From: Eukaryota sp. TZLM1-RC
Lineage: Eukaryota > Protista > Metamonada: BaSk clade
Length of the DNA: 64,000 bases
Assembly: GCA_040285825.1 (NCBI GenBank)
Contig: JAUPSS010000005.1
Span: 992,001-1,056,000 of the forward strand
Direction of reading: 5' to 3'
Every line of letters starts with the position of its first letter. Positions within the stretch are counted from its first letter, which is position 1. A program made the translations under genes and the position numbers. Shown one piece after another: positions 49,578 through 62,220 of the stretch. The notes below the pieces were generated by a model. The model did no database searches and was not told where the DNA came from. It saw only the letters and a program-made list of their open reading frames with translations.

Positions 49578-51543
49578 CTAGCATCTTTTAAAGGGTTTTA
49601 GTGTTGCCACAATTGTTTTTAATCGCTGTTCGAGGGGTATTGCGTCGTTGGGGTTATTGGAAAGGTCAGTCCAGATTGCACCACCTACACCAACGTCGGA
49701 GGCATCGGTGGTGATCACAATCTGCTGGTTGTCCTCAGGTAGAGTTAGGGGTACGGCGTTCTTAATTGCTGTTTTTATTTGCTGAATATTGCGCTCTTCC
49801 ACTGGTGAAATTTTGAAATTCTGTCCTTTTTGGAGCAATTTGTATAAGGGAACAGATAGAGAAGCATGATTGGGAATAAAATCTCTTACGTAGTTTGCAG
49901 ATCCCAGAAAAGCACGTAACTGTTTTTGGGATTTGGGAAAAGGGAGTGAAGTAATAGCTGATGCTCTAGAAGGGGAGATATGTCGTTTGCCATCACGAAA
50001 GTCGCTTCCAAGTATGGTAATTGAGTGAGAGTCGTCGGAGATTACAGTCTTGGGACCAGAAAGCCGAGCCCTAATATTCCGAACCCTGGCAAGGGTGCGG
50101 TCTAGGTTGGTCAACAAATCTTCAAAAGTTCCAGCTAACACGATGAGATCATCAATATAAATGTCAGAGTAGGGGGTCTTGAACACTGCGTTCATTCGAT
50201 CCTGGAAGTATCCAGGCACGTTTTTCAAACCGAATGCAGCCCGTGAATACTGAATGGCCATTCCAGGTATCCCAATGGTGGTTTTTGCTTGATCTTTTTT
50301 GGCAATGTTCAGCTGATGGAAAGCACGCTTCAGATCAAACGTGGCAATGAACTTGGCTTTGCTGATCTTGGCGAATATGTGTTCGGCACGAGGTATGACA
50401 GCTTCAAAAGTCTTACTCAGTTCATTGACCTTGGTATAGTCTCCACAAAGCTTTGGTCCACGGTGTTCATATTCTTTGTGTACGATGGGGCTCATGTATT
50501 CCGAATCTAGTGAAACTTCTTTAGCCACTCTTAATTCGATGAATTCATTCATAAGTTCCTTGGCGATAGCAAGGCGTCGAGGGTTGAGGCTTCTTGGGTT
50601 AAGTTTAACACATTTTGATTCGTCATCAAAAGACATTTCCATTGATGGTACATCTAAACCATCGGGATGAGGTCTAGGGTTGAAGACATCATTGAATTTT
50701 ATAATGACGTCTTTGACAGCAGGTGCGTGTCTATTATCAGATAGTTGATAGCAAATTTCGGTGGTGTAAATTGGGTCGTTGTGAGCATTCTTGGGTGCAT
50801 TTTTTTTAAGTCCTTTCGTGAAGTATTACTGACAAATGGTCTTCTCATGGTTGGCTTGTAACTCTCAAATCTTTCGAAGGCTGCACATTCGTCGACCGTC
50901 TCTTGTACCAGTGATAGAAAGTCATTGATGGTGCCGGCTCTGATTCGACTGGCAAAATCTTTGGCGATGGACTTTGGTCTAATCTGTTCGGCAAACTTGA
51001 GTAGCCACCATTGTTCATCCAGGTTTAAGTGAGAAGCTCGTTTCCTAAGCTTCTGAAACTCCATCCCGAAAGTGAGGTAGCGGGCTTCGGTGTCTTTCTC
51101 GGCGTTGTTGGGTGCAAGTTCGGTCAGGGCGGCTTGTAATGATCGAAATGATCGAAATGGGAGGCGAGTTTCAAAAAAACTTTCTAGTTCGGCATCAGCG
51201 TCTGCTTTCTCAGCAAGTTCATTATCTGGGTTGGCATCTGGTTTATGGAGATAGATCCCCTCTAGTATGGAAGAAGGGATTCCATCACAAAGTTTCCAGC
51301 CTGGCATTGTCTTCTTGGCCATTTCTATAGCGTCTTGATAGGTCAATAGTGCCTTGACACTAAGGTTAGTGAGGATTGGCATGACAGTGTTCGGGGGTTG
51401 GGCCATGATTCTGGGGTACTAAATGCTTCAGTGATCACTGTTTCTAGTTCACGTGAAAAGAGGATAAGATACTTTATTATACTAGCACCTAACATTTCAG
51501 TAAGTGCCACGTCATTATGAATTAAAACTAAATCTAGATTACA
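49578..51543 (-). mobile_element. Divergent LTR element G: putative 5' LTR 51439-51543, gag 51406-50699, RT-RNase H 50700-49578; protease and 3' part missing
   Basis: TGTAATC...GAAACA. FDLKRAFHQ, FGLKN, YIDD, LRAFLG, TTDASD. Confidence 0.85.
51429..51440. other. 12-nt palindrome CAGTGATCACTG at the inferred 5' LTR end (G)
   Basis: Read directly, about 23 nt upstream of the gag ATG; followed by A, so there is no TGG. Confidence 0.8.
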
Positions 51544-52880
51544 TTTTGATCAAGAATTCAAGTTACAGACAATTCTTCTTAATTTATTGGCCTCACCAAC
51601 TCCACACACTCAAGATGTCATCTGTCTCCACTTGATTGACCTGTTGGATGAGTACAAATTAACAGAAAAGTTATTGGGTGTAACCACTGATAATGGAGAG
51701 AACGTTGTTGCTGCAGTCAAAATGCTCGCTTCAAGCCTGAGACTGAAAAATATCATGACTGAGGCACGAAAATGTGTCGCGCACATTCTTAACCTTGTTT
51801 TAAAAGCGGGACAGGAGGTTATTTGTGAAACCGAAGAAGAAATTATTGTGATCAGACCAAATGCTGATATGGTAACAAAGGTAGGAACATTTGTACGAAA
51901 GTTGCATCAGTCATCTCACTTAAGTCAAGGATTTATGGTCAAGTAATCGGTACTGCAAGGTACTCATTGTCAGGAACTGGTACCAATGGATGTATCCACT
52001 CGCTGGAATTTGTTTTGCTTGATGATCCAGCGTAATTGGAAACTTATCAATGTCGTAGACGTTGTGCTTCACGAAGTCTTAATTCCTTGGCTGAAGCTGA
52101 ATGAAAAATACTGTGCTGTTATTTGTAATCTAATTCCCTTTTTATATCCATTTTATCAGGTGAGCACAAAGCTGGCAGGATTTAAATAGATCCCAGAATC
52201 AAAACAGCTCTTTCTAATCCTGAGGTTGATAGAAAAGTGTTCTGTGAAAAGTTACTCGAATGTATAAAGTCTCAAAAAGTAGATCTATCAACAGAAAAAA
52301 AAGCTCATCAACATGACCTGTTTGTTGCCACATCATTTGTGAAAAAACCAAGAGTGGTTGATCTTTGTGAAAAAGAGTTAACCACTCATCTTTGAGAAAG
52401 TGTTGTACCTCAAAACATTGGCCCTCTTGATTATTGGTAGTGCAACGCTTCTCGTTATTCAGTTTTGTGTCGATTAGCTCAAGTTACGCTCTTACTGCAG
52501 GCCACATCTGTTGCGTGTGAACAAGTGTTCTCATCGGCTGGAAGGATAGCAAAGGAATATTGTGAATCGTTGTGATAGTTCTGACAATAATTTGGAAGCT
52601 TTAGTATGTTTGAAGAATCGGCCAAGAGTCTTCTACCGTAAATAGCATTGGTAATGGTTGTTTTATTTTAAATGTATTTTATAAAATTTCTATAGAAAAT
52701 CATTGTCTATAATACATGTTTTTTATTTAAACCAAATTTGAACCTAAACCTGACATTGGAAAACCTAACTGAACGTAAACTCAGTATGTCGAAACTAAAC
52801 TGAACCTTAACATATTTTCAGTCAAACCAAACCTGAACCCAAACAGGGTTTGGGGGTTTGAAATTTTTCACCAAAGTCTG
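51544..52880 (+). mobile_element. hAT DNA transposon remnant (3' half, degraded transposase, AAACC-rich subterminal repeats)
   Basis: GVTTDNGENV, CVAHILNL, DVSTRWN, dimerisation motif PLDYW...ATSVACEQVFSSAG; ends ...CAAAGTCTG. Confidence 0.85.
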
Positions 52881-53041
52881 TGACTTTGAAATCACAGTGT
52901 CATTCGAAAATCAGAGTTGTAAAAGTTAGTGATTACTGGGTTGCAGACAAAAACTACTCCCGTTCATACTCAAATCATAATCATGAGCGTGTGCAAGATG
53001 TATCTTTTGTTCCCCAATATAGGTGGGGATTTCCTGAAAAT

Positions 53042-53210
53042 TGTTGGCTCATAGCCATTAGTTGTTAGTTTATTAGTTTCATATCACGTGATGACACGTC
53101 ATTAGTGATTGAATTAGCTTTTTGTCATTAATTCCTTGTATTATTCACACCCTTCTCATATAATCCCCTATTCTGTTTAGTTTATGATGAATAGTTCACC
53201 TCTTTGATAT
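53042..53210 (+). mobile_element. Degraded D-related LTR fragment
   Basis: TGTTGGCTCATAGCC...ATCACGTGATGACACGTCAT matches the D1/D2 LTR start. The right end is uncertain. Confidence 0.6.
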
Positions 53211-53229
53211 TTGATCAATAGTTTGAATA

Positions 53230-53810
53230 ATGATTTTTTTTCTAGAAATGCTTCTTATTCGACAATTGGTACTGTTGCCTCCATTATTGACTTTCACTTT
53301 ATCCCAGACGATCAAGACATAATTGATCTGGAAAACAACGCTTCAGTAGCTATCTTCTTGTGCCATCGCCAATTTCTTCAGCTTACAAAGCGTTACCCCA
53401 CGGCGTTCATAATGAATGCTACCTGTAACACAATAATTTCAATAATTGGAATCACTGGTACTAAGAAAAACTTTTGTTCAGCTGTTAGTTTTTTGATAAG
53501 GGAGCGCACAGACTACTACTATTTTGCTTCTTCAACTTTTTCAAAACAATTTGCAGTAAGCCCTAATGCGATCGTTACAGACCGTCAATTGGCATTGATG
53601 AATTCCATCAAAATTGTTTTATTACACAATCTGAACAATTTATGCTTATTACATTTTAACCGTAACATTGAGGTATACAAAGGTGTTCAAAGGGATTACT
53701 TGAGGAAATTTTTTTTGAAAAGATTGGCAAATAATGGTCAACAGCAGGTCACATCAAGAATACAAAGATGCTCGCGAGTTTTTGGCAATGAGATATTTTA
53801 TCCCTGAAAA
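53230..53810 (+). mobile_element. MULE transposase core remnant
   Basis: YPTAFIMNATC, IIGIT, PNAIVTDRQLALMNSI, LCLLHFNRNI. Confidence 0.75.
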
Positions 53811-53880
53811 TGAGGAACCTACAGCAAATCAATAATTGTTTGAAGTTGTCAATTGAATCAAAGGTTGGTTGCGATACTAT

Positions 53881-54614
53881 CAGGGCTTGTCAAAATCGAA
53901 TCGTCGATTCGATTATCGGACGATTGATGCATCGCAATGTCGAATCGCTAGCGGATGATAAATCGACGATTAATCCTCGATTATTTGTTGTGGTTATTTA
54001 AATAATATAAATATTTTTATGTGTAGCAATAATATTAATATTTTCTTGAAGATGAGTTGTACTTGTTATAGGTGTATAATAACAGAAAAATGAGTGTGGA
54101 ATCACAGACAAAATTTTGAATTCAGTACCATTTAATACAGGCTCAATTTTACTTCTACTATACTTTCCTGAATGCCAGATAGAAAAACCTTATGTCTCGC
54201 ATTCTTCACAAAAGTGCTAGAGGATCTTGCTGCATCGCCAAGTTGTGGTACTTTGTATCGATGCAAATGCTCAAAGAAACTTTGACGCATTAAAACATCT
54301 GGTTGGACCAACTTGTACAATCATATACTCACCCATGAGAACTATGAAGATGAGGATGAACAGCTTGCTTCTGGACATCAGCCGCCAATCTCCAATTTTC
54401 GTGAGAAAAATAAGTTCTAAGATGTCTACCTTTGGCTTGAGTTGGTTCTTGAAGACATCTTACCCTTTTCCTTTGTCAGTAAGAACAATATTCGAAAAAA
54501 ACACTAAGCTAGAAGCAATATCAAGTGGAACCTTACTGAAATATGCTTCCTTGTTGGCTCAACAGGTACGAAGTCATCTATTATTTTTGATGGGAGATAG
54601 ATTTGGATTTGTAC
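53881..54614 (+). mobile_element. 5' part of a hAT-like transposon (TIR-like CAGGGCTTG, TCGA-rich subterminal repeats, BED-finger-like remnant)
   Basis: Repeats at 53895-53985; remnants RCKC...SGWTNLYNHI and ISSGTLLKY...DRFGFV. Confidence 0.6.
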
Positions 54615-54675
54615 TAGGGGTGTCCAGGTTCGGTTTTGGTTTCAAACCAAAACCACTTTTTCCGAAACCACGATA
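54615..54675 (+). mobile_element. Isolated hAT-like terminus
   Basis: TAGGGGTGTCCA followed by GGTTT/AAACC subterminal motifs. Confidence 0.45.
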
Positions 54676-55172
54676 AAACATACAGTTAAAAGTATAAAAC
54701 GAGATATGGCAGCAATAGACATAGAAGAATTTGGAAACCCTGTGTCATAGTTAAGATGCGGCAACATAGAAAAGTAATTATTGACCAAAAACTCTTTCGT
54801 AGACTGATTGTTCCTTCTAGGAAGAAAGAGTGGCACTTCATCAAGAGAATTGAACTTGAAAAAAAAACTTGATGTTCAGAACAATGTGAATTGTGATCAT
54901 CGTGATACCTGAATGTTTCTCAAAGATAGAAGTATTCATAAGATGGACATATCAGATGTTCACGAAGCTCAAAAAAATAGCCAGAGCATTAGAGTGTTGG
55001 TTTTTTTCAACGAGCTTTGAGGATGTATTTCAACAGATGCTGAGCGTCAGAAATAGAAACAATTGATTAAATTGATTTCGATAAAGGATAAAGTTGAAAA
55101 GACAAAATGAGATATGGTAGTAAGAGGTATAGAAAAAGTTGCAAACCATGTGTCATAGTTAAGATGTGGAAA

Positions 55173-57980
55173 TGATGCTGTAGGTTGGAAAAGTGGGGTT
55201 AGATAAAGTTGATTTATTTTCTATTCATATTATAGAAGCCTAAAGACGCCAACACTGCTTCTCCCCTTTTGAAAATCAATTGGTTTTATATGAATATTCA
55301 ACTTATAATCAATAATTAATAAACTAAAACTAATTCCTATTTCTACTGCTACGCCTAGGCCGTTTAGAGGCGCTAGACTCGTTGGAAGGACCTCTTTTAT
55401 TAGAAGTACGTTTACCAACTTTTCTAATTCTCTTGTCTTTACTCAATAACTTATAAGCTTCTGAATGTTTAACTGAATGGAGAGGCTCATCTGTTGTCTC
55501 ACCGCCAAACCATTGAACAGTACAGAAACTACCTGAGTCAGAGTTATACTCTGAGAGGATTTTCTCTATAACATGTTTCTCAGCATCGCCTGCTGCGACT
55601 GTCTTAAGAAATTCGATATCCTGTGGATTTTCAGCGTTATAGATTTTGCAATCTTTCTTAGCAGCCTTTAATTGGGTGCCAGTGGTAAGATTCTTTAGTA
55701 ATAAAATAGAGTTGGAAGGATGATCTATTACTAAGAATGGTCCGTTCCAAGATTCATGCAATTTATTATGTTGTTTGGTTTTACGAAGGACATGGTCACC
55801 AATATTAAATACTATAAAACGCGAACTAGCATTATCTACTGAAGTTGGAGTATTCACTGTTTGGTGATGCTCTGCTTCTTCCCTTTTTTCTTGCACAACG
55901 AATATTTTTCAATTTAATATCATCTATTAAAGGAATATTGGAATCGAATTTTGATATGTTTCCTAATATATTTGCAGGGTCCGATCTTGGGCTAATCGAA
56001 GATCCAAAAATAAGTTCGTATGGCGTAAAACCTGTTTTTCTGTTTTTAGTAGAATTTATTAATGATTGGGATATGGGTACATAAGTAGACCAATTTCCAT
56101 AATCATTAAAATCTATTAATAATTTCCTCAAGCACTGCAAAACGTCTCTATGTTTACGTTCTACATGTCTATTACTTTCAGAGTAGTGGGGCATTGAGTT
56201 ACTCGTCTCAATTGCTAATCTGTTACGCACTATCTTGAAAGTCTCAGTGGCGAACTCAGGACCATTATCACTGTGAATTAACATAGGTATGCCAAAAATT
56301 GCGCAAACGTTCCAAATTGATGCGTCTTTGGTCTCTAAGGCATTGAGTTTCTTTAGAGGGACTAAAATTGAATAACCAGTAAATGAATCTAAAAATACTA
56401 TCAAGTATTTATTACCATCGCTATCAGTATTCAAAGGTCCAATTGTATCGACATTTATTCTAGCAAAAGGACGATCCGCCCAAAGGGAACCTGTGGAAGG
56501 TGTTTTTGTTCGTTTGACTGGTGCCGTTTTTTGACAAGTTGGGCATCTTTTGACATGTTTTATGAGGTTCTTTCTCATATTAGGCCAGTAGAAGTCGCTT
56601 TTAGAAAATTTTTGTAGACTGTCGTTTTTGCTTGGGTGGCCAGATTGAATCAATCCATGTGTTAATAACAAAGCCTGTTTTCTGAAACTTTTTGGGACCA
56701 GAATTTTTTTTATTATTTTTTCAAATTTGAGTATTTTCATCAAAAATTGCGTTTTCAAATAAGGAGTCCTTATTGTTTATGACAATCTGTTGTGCTGATC
56801 TAATCTTAGAGTACCAAGAAGAAATAATGGGTAAATCTTGGTGTCTGCTAAGTGACGTTATTAATGTGAGATCTTCAGAATCCGAATCTGAGTCGTCAAT
56901 TAGAGGAGGTATTTCATAATTTGAGTACATTGTGTTTGGTATATTTATACTGCAAATTGATGAAGGTTCTTCCTCCTGATTTAGGTCGATTTCTCGATAA
57001 CATATCTGCCCAGTGGTCATCTTCACCAGGTCCATGGACTATGTCAAAGTCGAATTCAGACAGTATCGGCAACCATCTCTTTACAATCCTATTTTTCTCT
57101 GGCGCAGTTGCCAGGAATGCAATGTTTTTATGATCAGTGAAAATTGTTAGATGTCTAGTCAAAAGATAATTCTCTAAGCAACTTTCAGTTAGAATTAAAC
57201 GTATTGCATATTTGTAAAGTGGACCATTTCCTTTGAGTTAGATCTGGGTTATGGTTAGGAATTAGTTCTGTCACATCTACTGTTGGGATGTGATCAGGGA
57301 GTACATCAATGGAACAGACTTGTACCGGTTGCTCTTTCTCTGATATTATGGGGGCAATTACTGGAAGCTTAGGTCTCTGGTGGAGCTCCGTTGATCGGTC
57401 GCCCGTAACCATGAATCTGAACTTCTTCTTCCTTGTTGTAGACATAAAATTGTTGGGACGGTTCTTCGTAATCTTTCAGGACAGACGAAGTTTTTGAACT
57501 TGACCCATTATTTGTATTTTTAGGTGAAGAGGGGGGTGGTCCCGTTCCTGAAACCTTTTGTGGCTTGTTGGACTTGGAAGAGGCGGGATGTGGTTCCGAG
57601 CCTGGTTCCATTATTTCGGACTTGAAAGAGGCGGGCGGTGGTTCCGTGCCTGAATCCATGGGTTTAATTTGAGGAGGGGCGGAGGGTGGTCTCGAGCCTG
57701 AGTCCTCAACAATATTCATCATTATTACATCTCCTGTTGACATGTGTATGCTGAAAGCATCCCTGTCGTGTTCCTGCATGTTAATTTTAAGGAAGTCAGT
57801 GCTCTGGTTGGAAGGAACTGACATGATATCTTCTAAAGATATCCTCTGTCAAAAAGCTGTGTGTTGTCAAAGTGGTATACCTATTAACCTAAATGGCCAA
57901 TAATTATTGATGCCGTAGGTCGGAAAAGTGGGGTTAGATAAAGCTGATTTATTTTCTATTCATATTATAAAAACCTAAGG
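55173..57980 (-). mobile_element. LTR element F (B-related), internally deleted; LTRs 55173-55254 and 57908-~57980; probable TSD GAAA
   Basis: 82-bp direct repeats, with the outer ~9 bp of the 5' LTR missing. PPT GAAAAGGGGAGAAGCAG. gag start (57824) is joined to RNase H at ~57240. Integrase and chromodomain-like tail present. Confidence 0.9.
57898..57909. other. 12-nt palindrome CAATAATTATTG at the 5' LTR end / PBS position (F)
   Basis: Read directly; the boundary is fixed by the 3' LTR. Confidence 0.93.
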
Positions 57981-59479
57981 AAACATAGAAAAAAAATTAT
58001 TGACCAAAAACTCTCTCGTAGATTGGCTGTTTCTTCTAACAACAAAGAGTGGCGTTTAATCAGGAGCTCAAAAGAATGACCAGATCATCTGAATATTTAC
58101 GTGTTCCTAGCAGCTTGAGGATGTTTTGCCTCAGTCATTTGGCGTCAGAATCAGAAACAGCTGAACAGTCATTGGAAAATGTTTCTTGGCCTGGAATTTG
58201 TTTCAATACAATTGGAACAATGGAGATTTAATTATTGTTTATGTTACAATTGCAGTTTCAGGGAGGTAATAAACACTTCAGAGCTTTTATGTTTATTAGT
58301 GCCAAATGACACATCACACTATATTAATGTATATATTGAGACATTAAATGGAATTCCGTATACTGTGCATTCGGCATTTGAAATCTTGTTAATGGGTACT
58401 TTGCTTTCAGTTACTGGATTTTTGTAGCGGCTATCGAGCATGCATGTTAGTACGTACAGCATTGTAACCGATTTTTTGGACAAACGGAGCTGCTAGACAA
58501 TTGCTTTGAGCATCTTCCAAAATTACTTCTAATGGTGCGCAATAATATAGCACATTCACAAAAAAGCTACCGACAGCTGTTTCTTCGGCTTTCTGTATCC
58601 CATTATAAATAGATGTATCTAATGATTTCTTTCTTTTTAAACGACTAACGTTTGAAGTAAAAGGGAGCTGTTTCTTTGCAGAGGGCGATAAGACGTTAGA
58701 ATGAGTCTTTTTTCCCGATTTCAAGTCTTTTAAGTAAGCCTTGTTTAATCCTATCCAATTTAAGCTACAAATTGGGACATTTTGTACGACAATTCAGACA
58801 CTGTAAGTTTAAAAGGTTCAATGGGTCGCTCCAATGGAAATCTTCTCAAAAGGTCGAGATGGGGGGGGGGGGATCAGTAGAAGAGTGAAGAAGAAGAAGA
58901 AGGTAGATCAAAATTTTCATCAACAGGAACTGATGATTTTGCATAAAAGTGTACCAAAAGGCTGAACTTCATTGCAACAAAGAGAAAATAGAACGCAATA
59001 CAGATTTTAATGCATTTGTTAAATTTAAGTAAAAAATATAACCAAAAGGACCTGAAATAAATAAAAGAGTTGCAACAGAAGTCCTGTTAATTGATTTGAA
59101 TTCAAATTGTTAAGGAAACAAGATCTTTTCCTTTGTTAAAATGCTGTTGAAAACCAAAGAAGCATGAATTCTCACAAATTAGTCTCCAATTGCAATTGGT
59201 CGAACATTTGATGTATTTTGTTGAGGGTAATTAATCGATAACTGGTCATCGCATAAGGCACTTTATTTTTTAGGGTTAAAATGTTATGGGGCATTGACAA
59301 AACAAGTCCACCTGAGTTTTTCATTTTGCAGATTTGGGTCCATCCATAAACGCTTTTGCAAAATTGGGCCCTTGTTCTCATTCTCACTGGTGTTATCTTC
59401 TCCATCACTGTCCTATTGTTCTCCTTTTAATAAACTTTGTCACTTCTGTCACTGATTCTGATAGTCTCTATCAATGCTA

Positions 59480-60157
59480 AACATACACTTTTATTATGAA
59501 CATGAACATTTATACATATCGAAAACTCAACCTCAATACTGTAACAGCTCATCCAATGGAGACAATCCAGATACATGGATGTCAAAGTTCAGTGCTTCCA
59601 TCGTCTCCTCTTCCTGATAATGCAGCTCTTGCTCTCCTCCATCTAGATCAGCGTCTTCTTCACAACAATCGAACTCACCCTTAAGTATTGCATCAAGCTC
59701 CTCTTCATCTAACCGTTGTCTCTTCGCAGTCTTTCTTGATTGTCTACGAAATCGTTTCTTCCGTCTTCTACCAACTCTCTTTGTATAAACAGGAGGAAGA
59801 ACTGTTTCCATTCCATCATCAATTTCCCAATCGTCTCTTTCTTGATTGTCTACGAAATCGTTTCTTCCGTCTTCTACCAACTCTCTTTGTATAAACAGGA
59901 GGAAGAACTGTTTCCATTCCATCATCAATTTCCCAATCGTCTCTACCTCTCATTGGTCTTAATCCGATGGTAAATGTGTTAACAAGGCTTTCCATCTTAA
60001 AGTAGCAACTGATATATTCTAAAGGAGATTTTTTCTTCAAAACACAAGCGGCAACGAGGTGACAACAAAGATATCCACAATATTTCGTTTCACCACATGT
60101 ACAGGTGCCGTCTTTCAAGTCTACAACGAACACTTTCTCAACTTCAATGCTCTCCTG
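59480..60157 (-). mobile_element. 3' part of a MULE transposase (SWIM finger, basic tail) with a 106-bp tandem duplication (59730-59941)
   Basis: VDLKDGTCTCGETKYCGYLCCHLVAAC = SWIM CxC..CxH; LPPVYTKRVGRRRKKR. Confidence 0.8.
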
Positions 60158-60290
60158 TGTTGTACTGTGGACAATTAGTCTAGTACATCTGTATTTATAT
60201 AGTATAGTTCACTAGTGCTGGCCTTTATAAGGGCCGGTGAAATTCTAATAAATTACCCTTATTCTTTGTTATCATACATGGATGAAGCAC

Positions 60291-60302
60291 CATTAATTAA
60301 TG
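60291..60302. other. 12-nt palindrome CATTAATTAATG at the 5' LTR end / PBS position (A2)
   Basis: Read directly; it extends to 14 nt (CCATTAATTAATGG). Confidence 0.95.
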
Positions 60303-61559
60303 GCCCGAAAAGCCACAATGATAACCCTCCTTCCTCTCTGAGGAAGAGTAATGTCCCTTCTTTGAAGGAGAACAATCCACCACCACCCACGGTGAGTAAA
60401 CCTCCCTTGACGGAGAGTAGCCCTTCCCTCGGGGAGAGAGCGTCCCCTCAAAATGAGAGTAACCATGGGAACCTTTTCCCCGGGTACGACCCCAATAACA
60501 TGCTTCCTAATGGAGCAAAGCTCGTACCGGGTAAAGGAACCAACACTGAGCTTTTTGTCAAGCCAGTTGATGGGGAAGGCACGGGTTCCTCGAATCCAAT
60601 CCCTCCTCCTTCTGATACTGGTAAACCTAAAGAAGAAGATCAGCCTGTTACTACAGTTACATCTCAGCAGGGCAAGGACGACCCTAACGACGGTGACGGT
60701 GACGGGAATGGTGATGAACCACCCAGACGCCCATCCTCCTCTCCAGATTGGACAGATACGGAATACCGCACCTCTCAAAAGTGGTACCGTAAACAATTAA
60801 GAGAGAAGGTAACCCTTGTCGTTCAGGAGTTCCTCCTAAATATTCGAGCCAATCCACCCGATGATAATAGGGATTGGAGTGATGACGAATTCGTCAAGGC
60901 CATTGAGACAGAGGCAAATATTCTCTCGGACCCCAGTTACGTAGGTGACAGGGACGAATTTCTAAAGAAAAGATGGCCCTTCCTCTTTGGTAGCTCGCGT
61001 GGTTATACCATGGACGATGTAGTTCACCAAGAACAAGATCAAAGCCCGGATATGTCAACTAGGCTACATCAATGTTCTGAGAGTGCAGTCCAATTTGCAG
61101 GAGATCCTGAGAATTGTTACTTCAACAACCCACGTTCGAAATACCAGGCTGCTGCTCCAAAACCACAGTGTTGGCACAGAGATGCCATTCCTGATCAACG
61201 GATCCGTGCTAGGAATCATTATTCCGGAGGCAACGAGTTGGAAAATGATCGGATGTTATGGATTGCCAAAATGTACCCTCATCACCATGCAGGCCGTATG
61301 ATGAGAGGAACAGTAAGACACTTCCTTGTTGAAAACATTCATCCAAGTGATAGAATTACAGATGGGTTAATGCTAATAGGTAGTATGTTCGTTGCTGATC
61401 GCGGAGATACAATTCAATTTCACCGCAAGGAAACCTTTGTGAGAACAAAGGGAACCAAGATCATCGAATTAATTGAACAACGAGTAAGACCTAATAAGAT
61501 AAAACTGGTTTATCCAGATCCTTGGATAGTTAAGCTCAAAGCTTGGGTTGACAGCTACC

Positions 61560-62220
61560 TAGAGACCCTTCGCACCTCACGTAAAGCAGTTTTGGTTTCC
61601 CCTTTGATAAATAATTGTTGAGCTTTTATCAGCTTAACTCCACATTTAATCAAATTTTGACTTAATTTAAGATCTGAATCAATAATTGAATTAGTTTTTT
61701 GACTCAACGGACTGGAAATAATGAGATCAACAATGGAATTGGTATTTAATTGACCAAACGATCCATTATTTTCAAAAATATCAGCAAATATCGGGACAAA
61801 TTCAGCAAATTTAGAATCCGAAAAGGAAAAATAATACATATTTTCCATAAATAGCTTGTAACAATTGTAGTCCCAAGGGGTGTTTTTAATTGATTTTTGA
61901 ATGGCTCTAATCCGGAATTTAGATTCAGTTTGCGCCAATAGAAACTCGACAACCAAAAATTTCGAATAATCACTTGATGACAAATTTTGACTTTTTGGCT
62001 TGTAAAATATTTGCCGAGCTACATCAATAAGATGTTGTTCCACCAAAAGAATGCCACAACAAAGTCTAACAAAGGGATCAAATGGAAACCTGTGCAAAAA
62101 TTTAAGAACATTGCGTTGAAAATTTGGCAACTTTTGAGTAGCAACTAAGCCCAGCCTCAAAAGTTCAAAATTTACAGTTGTCAAATGATTTTGACAAATC
62201 ATCAATGAGCTCTTTTCAAT
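61560..62220 (-). other. 661-bp foreign, host-gene-like open fragment (helical/TPR-like) inserted antisense in gag of A2
   Basis: Removal restores TAC C/CA AAT (DSYPNQRVFEN, compare A1 DSWPDQNVFEN). The minus strand is stop-free across the insert. Confidence 0.8.

Larger units (their letters stand above)
54695..58200 (-). repeat. Diverged ~410-bp tandem duplication of unknown coding-like sequence; second unit split by element F
   Basis: 54701-54840 aligns with 55110-55172 + 57984-58060 (TGTGTCATAGTTAAGATG...ATTGACCAAAAACTC). Confidence 0.6.

Noticed and set aside
53209-53220. TTGATCAA as an additional PBS palindrome after the D-like LTR fragment
   Set aside because: The flanking CA/TG are absent and the LTR end is undefined; it could be chance in AT-rich DNA.
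59730-59941. 106-bp direct repeat as a CRISPR-like or functional array
   Set aside because: Two adjacent copies, no spacers, frameshifting; a simple duplication in a dead MULE.
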